Assembly (NCBI GenBank): GCA_001189095.1
Contig: LFCK01000004.1
Span: 5,674 to 69,673, forward strand
Source of the DNA: Parcubacteria bacterium C7867-001
GTDB taxonomy: Bacteria; Patescibacteriota; Minisyncoccia; Phycocordibacterales; Phycocordibacteraceae
Direction of reading: 5' to 3'
Length of the DNA: 64,000 nt
In this document: piece after piece, positions 56,201-64,000 of the stretch
Layout: the number at the start of each line of letters is the position of its first letter
How positions within the stretch are numbered: position 1 is the first letter of the stretch
Notes under the pieces: generated by a model
The model's database searches: none
What the model was told of the DNA's origin: nothing
Seen by the model: the letters and a program-made list of their open reading frames with translations, nothing else
Program-made: the position numbers and the translations under genes

Positions 56201-57070
56201 TTGTTTGGTGTAAGATTCTATATATATCCGTATGGAACTCCTTTCCTACACATGGACGTACTTGGCGCAGGCACCAGCAGTATGGAATTAATTGCAGGCG
56301 ATAAAGAGCTTGAAGCGCTCAATATTCAGCTCAACGATCCAACGCAGCTTGCGGCGTACAAGGGACCGCTGGATACCTACCGGCCGCACCTCCTCCCGAG
56401 GGTATTCGGATCTTTTTTGGTGTTTTGCGGCAACCTTGTGTACGGGCGCGAACCGTCCTATCTAAAGTTTCGAGCGGTTGAGATAATTGCGCGCGTGCCA
56501 TATCACTCGTGGTCATCTGCTGCTTTTACGCTCCTGACTCTGTTCTTTTCGAATGAGAAAAAAGCCTTGCGGCTGTCGAATGTTGCGCGCTACTCGCGTA
56601 TTGCTTCTGACAACGAAACCATGCATGTGGTTGTTATTTCCCAGCTTGCGAGAAAAGAAGTAAAAGCGGGTTATGTTCGGCACACCCTTGTTCCGATGCT
56701 GTTCGCCTTTTTCTACTTCTGGGCTTCCTATTGGATGTACCTTATCCGTCCGCGCTGGTCATATGAACTGAACTATCTGTTCGAATCACATGCGTTTGCG
56801 CAGTACGACAGATTCCTTGAATTGCATGACGAGGAGTTGCGACACAAAGCAGTCGAAAGCGATTTCCTCGCATGGTACGGACGTACGCCGATACATCAGT
56901 ATGACTTCTTCCGCTCGGTACGTAATGATGAGATTGTGCATCGAAATCAGTCTATTCACGACATCGACGAGGAAGCGGATCTGCGCCGCATTCGTCTCCT
57001 GAAACGCATCGCGCTTTTCGTTGTTGGGGTACTGCTGGTGCTCGTTGCCGCCGCTGTTCTGCTTGTTTGA
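56201..57070 (+). CDS. Alternative oxidase (AOX/PTOX)-like diiron carboxylate protein
   Basis: Four helix motifs matching the AOX iron-ligand motifs: AVEIIARVP, NETMHVV (NERMHL), FESHAFAQY (LEEEA..Y), RNDEIVHR (RADEAHHR). Confidence 0.6.
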   Translation: MFGVRFYIYPYGTPFLHMDVLGAGTSSMELIAGDKELEALNIQLNDPTQLAAYKGPLDTYRPHLLPRVFGSFLVFCGNLVYGREPSYLKFRAVEIIARVPYHSWSSAAFTLLTLFFSNEKKALRLSNVARYSRIASDNETMHVVVISQLARKEVKAGYVRHTLVPMLFAFFYFWASYWMYLIRPRWSYELNYLFESHAFAQYDRFLELHDEELRHKAVESDFLAWYGRTPIHQYDFFRSVRNDEIVHRNQSIHDIDEEADLRRIRLLKRIALFVVGVLLVLVAAAVLLV

Positions 57071-57122
57071 GAAGAAACCATAGGTGCGGTTTCTTCTGGT
57101 ATGTAGGGTATATACTTTTTGT

Positions 57123-57284
57123 ATGGAAAAGATAAAAATCGAACAACATACGGTTTCGGGCGGCGCATGGATTGCGGCGTGGATGTTCACTATCGGCTAC
57201 CTCCATCTTTCATTCTGGAACGGAGTACTTGCGGTGGTCATCTGGCCGTATTTCCTCGGTGCGTATTTCGCAGCACCAATGTAA
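57123..57284 (+). CDS. Small membrane protein
   Basis: 53 aa, 2 TM helices; bidirectional terminator at 57293-57327. Confidence 0.35.
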   Translation: MEKIKIEQHTVSGGAWIAAWMFTIGYLHLSFWNGVLAVVIWPYFLGAYFAAPM

Positions 57285-57334
57285 GGAAAATAAAAACACC
57301 CGGCCGCGAAAGCGGCCGGGTGTTTTTTAATCGT

Positions 57335-57763
57335 TTATACCCACGCCGTGAGAATGGCGCCCATGAGGATGAGGGAGACTAGATAGTAGCCGCCTTGGAT
57401 AAGCCAGAGCTTCCATGGTTTTCCTTCCCAGATCACGACGCCGAGTGTCACTGGTGCGATAAAGCCAAGCCAGCTCCAGAACGCCCCTTGAAGGGCTGAA
57501 GGGAATCCGCCGATACCAAGATAGCTTTGAGCGAAGACGAGACTGTGAGCAAAAACGTACGCCATGATGAAGGTTGTAATCGCCATCCCAAGATAGCTCA
57601 TCATCATTTTTCGCTTTATCGCCTTTGTTAGTACGGCTGGCTTTTCAATACCAACGAGCTTCATCCACTGCTTGCCGAAGAGGGGGCCGTACCACAACGT
57701 TCCGAGAACGATGGCGGCAAGCGTGGCTCCGAATACGGAGAGATAATTAATGGGTACTTCCAT
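57335..57763 (-). CDS. DUF1761-like membrane protein
   Basis: 142 aa, 4 TM helices. Confidence 0.45.
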   Translation of the reverse strand: MEVPINYLSVFGATLAAIVLGTLWYGPLFGKQWMKLVGIEKPAVLTKAIKRKMMMSYLGMAITTFIMAYVFAHSLVFAQSYLGIGGFPSALQGAFWSWLGFIAPVTLGVVIWEGKPWKLWLIQGGYYLVSLILMGAILTAWV

Positions 57764-57820
57764 AGGGAAATGTTAGGTTGCTATGCTTCCAGTATATCGC
57801 CGCAGGAGGGCAGTGGGTTC

Positions 57821-58282
57821 ATGGGCGTGCACAATGTCTTGCGTAGCAAAAATTTTGGTTCATACTCCGTGCTTATGGACGGTTTTCGAATCGTCCTATT
57901 CGATCTTTCACATACGGGGGAACTCCTCATGGGAAAACCGAAAGAAAAAGCAGTGCCGTTCGTTGCGGTGCACGCGAACGAAACGTATCGCATCAGTCGC
58001 GGAAACGGCGGCGCTGCAGTGTTCCATCTGGAAAGCAAGAAGCCGAACGAGCAAATCGCTATTCCGCTTCCACAGCAGCTGTTCACGCTCATTCTCTCGG
58101 GCTCGAAGCCCGTCCGTAACAGATACAAGCTGAAGAACGAAGAGCTCGTCTCTTTTGAGCTTTGCGTTCAGCGCGGTGGTTGTGTCCGTCTCCCAGACGG
58201 ACGGCTCATCCCGCTCGCCGAGATTGCCGGTCGCGGCGTCCTTGCGTATGCGGGGCGTAAACCCCAATTGGCTCTCGCTTGA
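57821..58282 (+). CDS. Hypothetical protein (ORF from 57770)
   Basis: ORF only. Confidence 0.35.
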   Translation: MGVHNVLRSKNFGSYSVLMDGFRIVLFDLSHTGELLMGKPKEKAVPFVAVHANETYRISRGNGGAAVFHLESKKPNEQIAIPLPQQLFTLILSGSKPVRNRYKLKNEELVSFELCVQRGGCVRLPDGRLIPLAEIAGRGVLAYAGRKPQLALA

Positions 58283-58362
58283 ATAGCATGACCCGCGCCA
58301 AAGGCGCGGGTCACTCTTTTTTACGAAAATGGGGCTCGACGCGTTGCGTCGAGCCCCGAGCC

Positions 58363-58638
58363 CTAGTGGGCTTTTTGCGCTTTCTTCTTCGGCCTGAACG
58401 GGTTGCGGAAGATGACACTGCCGATCGCGGTGAAGAGTTCACCGAGACAAAGCAAGATGCCGCCGATGCAGAACTGCACGAGGCCGATATAGAAGGAGGT
58501 GACACTCACAATGCTTTTAACATTCTGAGTGACCGCAATCGCTACTGCCATGCTTATTCCCCAAAAGGCGAGGATGATCGCAAGCAGCAGCGTGAGAATC
58601 TGGCGCAGGTCCAGATTCTGGAGGTCGAGAAAGGTCAT
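58363..58638 (-). CDS. Small membrane protein with a basic C-terminus
   Basis: 91 aa, 2-3 TM helices. Confidence 0.4.
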   Translation of the reverse strand: MTFLDLQNLDLRQILTLLLAIILAFWGISMAVAIAVTQNVKSIVSVTSFYIGLVQFCIGGILLCLGELFTAIGSVIFRNPFRPKKKAQKAH

Positions 58639-58686
58639 GGAAAAGCTCCGTTGCCTGAACTCAGAGTACTATATTTTTAGGAAGTG

Positions 58687-59319
58687 TCAACCTTTCGTTC
58701 GTTGCCCGCGTGCGTTCCATTCAACGCGATCAAGGCCACGGCGTTCGAATATTCCTGCCGGACGAATGAGCTTTTTATTTTTGGCTGGAACGAGCGGGAA
58801 GTGGCGGATATCGTCGAGTGCTGCGCCGATGTCCCACAAGTCTTCCTCCTCAGTCATCCAGCTCGTTCCGTATCCCTTCAGAGAAAAAGGGCGGGAGTAG
58901 GAAACGAGCGTTTTCTTTCCTGAGCTCGAGAGGAAGTATTCATGAAAGTAGGTGAGTGCGAGTTCGCGTATCGAGCGGTGTATGGGATCACGGTAGCGCA
59001 GAATGGCGTGGTTTGTTTTACTTATCGCTCCCCAGTAACCATTCTCCTTGAACAATGCGACGACATGGTCTTGATCGCCGCCAGTTGTTTTAAGATCAAG
59101 AAGAAACGGTGGTTTGCCATGCATCCAGAGCGCTGTGGCTGCAAGGAGTGCGCCTTCGATGCAGTGCGCTTTTCGCTCGCGCAGCACACGCCGCGGACTC
59201 ATGAGCGTATCGTTACCCTCATCAAAATTCTGGGGAAGGGTGTCGAGGAAATCTTGAATGCGGGTCGGTGTCGAAAGTCTCTTCAGTACCGCATTTTCCT
59301 CTTTCGTAAATCCGAACAT
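58687..59319 (-). CDS. Transglutaminase-like / papain-fold putative cysteine peptidase (ORF extends to 59352)
   Basis: AHCIEGALLAA (Cys), DHVV (His) and a downstream Asp, in the usual order. Confidence 0.4.
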   Translation of the reverse strand: MFGFTKEENAVLKRLSTPTRIQDFLDTLPQNFDEGNDTLMSPRRVLRERKAHCIEGALLAATALWMHGKPPFLLDLKTTGGDQDHVVALFKENGYWGAISKTNHAILRYRDPIHRSIRELALTYFHEYFLSSSGKKTLVSYSRPFSLKGYGTSWMTEEEDLWDIGAALDDIRHFPLVPAKNKKLIRPAGIFERRGLDRVEWNARGQRTKG

Positions 59320-59339
59320 TCCTATATAGTAGCTCGATT

Positions 59340-59828
59340 GTGAATAAACCAAAAAAGCGCGTTAGTAAATTCACACCCGGAGACTATCGTCTCCGGGTCG
59401 GACGTTCGTCTGCGGGGCTCGGCCTTTTTGCCGAAGAGGGGATTCCGAAAGGGAAATGCATCATCGAGTACGTTGGTCGCACCGTTTCAAAGGAAGAGGA
59501 GACGACGAGTCGTAGCAAATACCTTTTCGAGGTGAACAAGAACAAGACTATCGACGGAAAGCCGAAGTGGAACAAGGCGGGCTACATCAATCACTCCTGC
59601 AAGCCGAATTGCGAGATAGAGATACGCAACGCACGCGTCTATGTTATGGCGCTCCGGAATATCAAGCCAGGCGAGGAACTCTTTTACGATTATGGCGAGG
59701 AATATTTCGATGAACACATCAAGCCGTTTGGGTGTCGGTGCGTAAAGCACAAAAATAAGAACCGACCCGCGCATGCGCGGGCCGTATTCATGAAGGAAAG
59801 AAGTGGGGAAAAACTACGTCTGCTATAG
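59340..59828 (+). CDS. SET-domain protein (putative lysine methyltransferase)
   Basis: NHSCKPN and ELFYDYG SET signatures plus a C-terminal Cys-rich post-SET-like segment (FGCRCVKHK). Confidence 0.75.
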   Translation: MNKPKKRVSKFTPGDYRLRVGRSSAGLGLFAEEGIPKGKCIIEYVGRTVSKEEETTSRSKYLFEVNKNKTIDGKPKWNKAGYINHSCKPNCEIEIRNARVYVMALRNIKPGEELFYDYGEEYFDEHIKPFGCRCVKHKNKNRPAHARAVFMKERSGEKLRLL

Positions 59829-59835
59829 TGAGCCT

Positions 59836-61065
59836 ATGTCGCATTTCACTCCTCTTTCGCGTGCGTTTATCGGCGTATTTTTCGCTTTCGCGCTTCTTGT
59901 GAGTGCGGCGCCTTCGGCGAACGCAGCAACCTCCTCGTTTGAAATTTCTGGATGGATTCCGTACTGGCGCACAGCGACCGGCACTGCTGACGTGCTCCCA
60001 CATCTTTCCCAGCTTACCGAAGTGAATCCGTTCGGTTACACCGTGAAGCAGGACGGCTCTCTTTATGACGTTGCAAAGTTCACACAAGAACCGTGGACGA
60101 ATTTCTTTGCAAAAGCAAAGGCGGCGAAAGTCCGCGTTATACCGACGGTCATGTGGAGCGACACTGAGTCAATCGACCGCATTCTGCGCGACCCGAAACT
60201 CCGTGCCGAGCACGTGAAGAACATCGTCGCGAAAGTGAACGAGATGGGCTTCGACGGCGTCGATATCGACTACGAAGGCAAGAAAGCAGAAACGAAGCAG
60301 TACTACTCTGCCTTCCTCAAAGAGCTCTATGCAGCTATGGGAAAGAAGTGGGTTATGTGCACCATCGAGGCACGAACACCAGTCGACTCTCGGTATCTCG
60401 GTACGCCGCCAGCGGATGCCACGACCTACGCAAATGATTTCGTCGCTATCAATAAATACTGCGATCGTGTACGGCTCATGACGTATGACCAGCAGTTCGT
60501 CGATCAGAAACTCGTAAAGGCGAATAAGGGTGTGCTCTATGCTCCGGTCGCAGATCCTCTGTGGGTTGAAAAAGTCGTGAAGCTCGTGAAGAAGGACATA
60601 AAGGCGTCGAAGTTGGTGGTCGGCATCGCGACGTACGGCTACGACTACCAAGTCATTCCTAATTCTGATGGTAGCGGGTATTCCTACACGCTCGTTGAGG
60701 CATTCAATCCGAAATACGCACTCGATACTGCGGCTGAATTTGGCATCACGCCAACGCGCAACGCTGCAGGGGAGATGAGCTTCTCGTATGTTCCCTCAAA
60801 TACTCCGTCCATGCTTCCATCGCAACAGTCGCTCGAAGCGCTCGCACCATCGGGAACCACGTCGAGCTATCTCGCTGCTGCGGGTGCCCTCGCGCTCCAG
60901 AAAAATAGCGGCAAGCAGGCGCCGTTCCATGTTCTGTGGTGGAGCGACTCGAAAGCCATTGCGGACAAAGTTGCACTCGCGAAGAAGCTCGGTGTGCGTG
61001 GAGTCGCCGTCTTTAAGTTCGATGGGGGAGCGGATCCCCTCATGTGGAGTGTGTTGAAGAAGTAA
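59836..61065 (+). CDS. Secreted glycoside hydrolase family 18 (chitinase/peptidoglycan hydrolase-like)
   Basis: Signal peptide and GH18 catalytic motif FDGVDIDYEG. Confidence 0.7.
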   Translation: MSHFTPLSRAFIGVFFAFALLVSAAPSANAATSSFEISGWIPYWRTATGTADVLPHLSQLTEVNPFGYTVKQDGSLYDVAKFTQEPWTNFFAKAKAAKVRVIPTVMWSDTESIDRILRDPKLRAEHVKNIVAKVNEMGFDGVDIDYEGKKAETKQYYSAFLKELYAAMGKKWVMCTIEARTPVDSRYLGTPPADATTYANDFVAINKYCDRVRLMTYDQQFVDQKLVKANKGVLYAPVADPLWVEKVVKLVKKDIKASKLVVGIATYGYDYQVIPNSDGSGYSYTLVEAFNPKYALDTAAEFGITPTRNAAGEMSFSYVPSNTPSMLPSQQSLEALAPSGTTSSYLAAAGALALQKNSGKQAPFHVLWWSDSKAIADKVALAKKLGVRGVAVFKFDGGADPLMWSVLKK

Positions 61066-61114
61066 CGTTGAAACGGCGGCCCCGAAGGACCGCCGTTTTT
61101 GTATCTGGTTCGCG

Positions 61115-61483
61115 TTAGTAGCGGTAGCGAACCAAATGATTTGCGGACTCGCCGAAGATCAGTGCGGACGCAAGGCCCACCTTCTCCGGTTCATGGCGAG
61201 TCCGTGTCGGACGCTTGTGTTCGGGGATCCCGAGCATGCGTCGCTCGCTCGCGGTAAGCTCCGCTTCGTCTGCGGCTCGTGTCGCATCGCGCAGTGCATA
61301 CTCGTACCTGCGGCGCTCCGGGGTATCCCAGAACGCATTCTTGAAATGCATGACCGGCGCGAGAATGCGGCGGACATGATTCAAGCGTTGCTTGTACTCG
61401 TGTGCCTCTGCACGGGGACCGATTGCCTTTTGCACACGCTTCCGTTGCCGGTTGCGCGCACGTTTCGTATCGACTTTACGCAT
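61115..61483 (-). CDS. Hypothetical basic protein
   Basis: 122-aa ORF, Arg/Lys-rich. Confidence 0.35.
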   Translation of the reverse strand: MRKVDTKRARNRQRKRVQKAIGPRAEAHEYKQRLNHVRRILAPVMHFKNAFWDTPERRRYEYALRDATRAADEAELTASERRMLGIPEHKRPTRTRHEPEKVGLASALIFGESANHLVRYRY

Positions 61484-61562
61484 GGAACCTCCACGTAAAA
61501 TGACTGAGATTAACTATATCATATATTATGACTATAGTCAATAGTACTGTGAACGGACATGA

Positions 61563-61596
61563 AAAAACACCGCGGCCTTGGCCGCGGTGTTTTCCT
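61563..61596. terminator. Intrinsic terminator hairpin
   Basis: aaaaaacaccgcggcc-ttg-gccgcggtgtttt. Confidence 0.6.
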
Positions 61597-61878
61597 TATG
61601 CTGCTGTTTCTTCTTCAGGTGCAGCTTCTGGCGCTGCGCCTTCCATGGTCTCTTCTGCGGGTGCTGCTGCGACATCGTCAGCAGGAGGCACCATTGCTCC
61701 ATCTCCATCCATAGTAGGTTGGTTATTTAATAATACTCCGGCAGTATAGCACTTTTGCCGGTTCGCAAGTACTAAACAAAATGGAGCCTCCCAAAGGGAG
61801 GCTCCATGCGTAGTTGTGGTAGCGCTGTTACTGCAGCGAGGCGAGAATGGTTTGGACATGGTCCATGTTGCCACTAAG

Positions 61879-62838
61879 TCAGTAGCCGCCATAGACGCCC
61901 GCTGTCCCGAGAACCGTGGTCAGGATGCCGTACGCCCATGCGTTTTCCGGCATCACTTCGTACATCTTCTCGATGATGAACAGGGCACCGAATGCCGCGG
62001 CGATGTAGAGCAGCTGGCCGTTATTGAGGGCCAATCCGCCGAAAACACCGAGGCCGATGATGCCGGCGCCGAGAATGAGCTTAATAGCGTAGGGCGGACG
62101 GCGTTTTTCTTCACTGCCGCCGTACCACCGGCTCGACATGATGAGCACGCCGATACCGGTCACGAACGTTCCCATCCAGAAGGCGCCATCTTTGAAGATG
62201 GCGAACCACGGAGCGGAAACGCCGTACCAGGCCGCGAGCGAAAAGCCGGCGCAAAGTCCGAATGCGGCAATTGTCGCGCCCGGAATGTGGTCGTCATCTT
62301 CGTAGCCAACCGCGTACGACAATCCGCCGCCAATGGCCGTGAAGCCCATCGTCCCGAGGAACGCGATTACGGCAAGAAAGCCGATAGGCGAGCTCACGAG
62401 AAGTCCGGCGGAAATCGTGTAAGCGACCGTCATGATTGCCATGTACACATAGGTCGGACCCGAAGATCCAGACAAGACCGCGGCAACTGATGGCGCCAGC
62501 ACGAGGGCGCCGATGAAGGTCACGACGCCTGCCGGCAGATAGTCGACGAACATCGTGCCCCACAAAGACCCGTAGGTCAGCATGGCGCCGGAGAGGACGC
62601 ATCCGAGGATGCCCCACATATTCGCCGACATCCAATCGAAGTCGATGAGTTTGCTGAGCAGCGTGCCGACGCCGCCGAGCACCAAGAGCGCGCCCAAAAA
62701 GAGGAGCACTCCGGGTGTGTCAATGACGCCAACAGCTTTCTGAAGCGGCGTCAGTTGGACGCAGCTCGGTTCCGCAGCCAAGGCTGGGGTTATAAGAGCA
62801 GTCGCGAATGCGAGTGCCCAGAAGAGCATCTTTTTCAT
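61879..62838 (-). CDS. Signal-peptide polytopic membrane protein (hypothetical)
   Basis: MKKMLFWALAFATALITPALA signal peptide, then about 8 TM helices. Confidence 0.5.
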   Translation of the reverse strand: MKKMLFWALAFATALITPALAAEPSCVQLTPLQKAVGVIDTPGVLLFLGALLVLGGVGTLLSKLIDFDWMSANMWGILGCVLSGAMLTYGSLWGTMFVDYLPAGVVTFIGALVLAPSVAAVLSGSSGPTYVYMAIMTVAYTISAGLLVSSPIGFLAVIAFLGTMGFTAIGGGLSYAVGYEDDDHIPGATIAAFGLCAGFSLAAWYGVSAPWFAIFKDGAFWMGTFVTGIGVLIMSSRWYGGSEEKRRPPYAIKLILGAGIIGLGVFGGLALNNGQLLYIAAAFGALFIIEKMYEVMPENAWAYGILTTVLGTAGVYGGY

Positions 62839-62930
62839 CTGCTGCCTTTCTGTGTAGGTATACAAGAACGCTGCTCCGAGGATGGAACAGACTGCTTAGT
62901 ATATGATCATATTTTTCCATCATGTCAAAT

Positions 62931-63788
62931 TTAGGGTAGATTCTCGAGACGGAAACTGTCGATGCGGACGTCCATGAAGTCCGTTCGAATGCCAGCCGAG
63001 CCCGAGCCGGTAATAGGTATCGTTCCTCCATACTGCCCGCTATCGGTCGCTTCGAGGAGCTTCGTCCACGTATTCGAGCCGATATAGCGCATGAAGAGCG
63101 CAAGCGTGACGTTGCCGTCGGTATTTGTTCGTGTTTCTGAACGGAGCGCAAACCACGTTTGATGGGGCAGGAGATTCTTCGTGTCTTTCGGCGCGTTGTA
63201 CGTTCCGGCGAATACCGGTTTTTGCGCCATGGTGTAATACGTACCGCGATATTTCTTTTTGATCACGGCCGTACCGTCGACGCGTACACCCGTGTAGTAG
63301 AGCGTTTGCGAGTCCTTATAGCGGTTGAAGAGAAGAAGTCCGTTTGATTCGTTGCGGTTCGGCGAAGAAGAGAAATTGTCGCGAACGATGTAGAACGAGG
63401 ACTCAGCGCGAACAGTATCCCACTGGGACTTCGTAATGAGCCGGAAGAGGTTCTGTGGATGAGTACCGTTATCTGTATCGACAGGGTTTGCCGCGGCGTA
63501 AGCGACACGCCACGGATTTAGAAGGGGGGCCGTTCCTTGCATGGTCGCGCCTATGCCGCCATCCATGATGAGCTGTCCGCCGGAATTGATCCACCAATAC
63601 GGACTTGAGCTCTCAAGCAGAGATCCTGTCTCGTTCAAAATACCGGACGTGTTGAAAGAGTACACAAAAGGTGACGTCGTCATTGCGGTTTGCGTGACCG
63701 AAGAGGGAGTGACGGCGACAAGGTTCGCGGCGAGTGCGAGTGCAATAATCATGAGTACAAACCCGATGATATCGAGCTTGATACGCAT
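62931..63788 (-). CDS. Secreted hypothetical protein (possible glycan-binding/lyase-like beta-sandwich)
   Basis: N-terminal signal anchor; no recognisable catalytic motif. Confidence 0.4.
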   Translation of the reverse strand: MRIKLDIIGFVLMIIALALAANLVAVTPSSVTQTAMTTSPFVYSFNTSGILNETGSLLESSSPYWWINSGGQLIMDGGIGATMQGTAPLLNPWRVAYAAANPVDTDNGTHPQNLFRLITKSQWDTVRAESSFYIVRDNFSSSPNRNESNGLLLFNRYKDSQTLYYTGVRVDGTAVIKKKYRGTYYTMAQKPVFAGTYNAPKDTKNLLPHQTWFALRSETRTNTDGNVTLALFMRYIGSNTWTKLLEATDSGQYGGTIPITGSGSAGIRTDFMDVRIDSFRLENLP

Positions 63789-64000
63789 GAACAACTTTTC
63801 GTTCATGAAAAACACACATACTCGCTAACGCGCACTCGTCACGGTTATCTTCGAAGTAGTGAGTGCTGCCGAGCCAAGTGTTGGAGACCACACCTCGATG
63901 CCGACGCTACCGCTTTTTGCGAAGCGTTCCGGCACGCTTGCGGTGAGTGATTCTCCATCCGCCGAACAGGTAACCGATGAGCCGACCGACCGCATCGAGA

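Noticed and set aside
63613-64000. Possible gene running off the right edge of the window
   Set aside because: The frame is truncated by the window end with no recognisable motif, so it is not called

Overview
This is a GC-rich bacterial chromosome segment (roughly 55-60% GC by eye) with a small-genome, CPR-like flavour: many hypothetical membrane or secreted proteins, an RGG-tailed RNase J, and tightly packed, often overlapping genes. It carries housekeeping genes: groES-groEL, lepA, murJ, valS, rnj, tsaD, rlmB, truB, msrB-msrA plus a VKOR-like gene, lemA-htpX, secG, Nth-like and MutY-like glycosylases, hsp20 and a glutaredoxin-like gene. RNA genes are RNase P RNA (25295-25645, which the ORF track mis-covers with two spurious minus-strand ORFs) and eight tRNAs: Ser-GGA, Gly-CCC, Arg-CCT, Phe-GAA, Val-GAC, Glu-TTC and Ser-CGA, plus tRNA-Gly half-fragments. 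A low-GC integrated element of about 10.5 kb (roughly 45.38-56.1 kb) is the most notable feature. It lies beside tRNA-Glu and tRNA-Ser and encodes a large serine recombinase whose 3' end runs antisense through tRNA-Ser and two tandem cloverleaf-like repeats. It also encodes a PrimPol + AAA_25 primase/helicase, a 58-aa excisionase-type HTH protein missed by the ORF track, and a 1029-aa fusion of an N-terminal PHP phosphoesterase with an SMC/OLD-like ABC ATPase that is translationally coupled to the excisionase gene. I read that fusion as a candidate single-gene defence or anti-MGE module (Ppl-like, or a fused SbcCD analogue). The element also carries ArsR plus a truncated CDF transporter and an ATGGTAC iteron cluster at its right end. 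Other items worth a second look: three tandem paralogous polytopic membrane proteins with conserved His/Glu/Asp motifs (5.25-7.8 kb), a Gly-rich surface protein, a candidate ~200-nt sRNA with a consensus promoter and terminator (13.5-13.7 kb), an alternative-oxidase-like diiron protein, a bacterial SET-domain protein, and a nested tRNA-Gly fragment arrangement. No CRISPR array or rRNA was seen.
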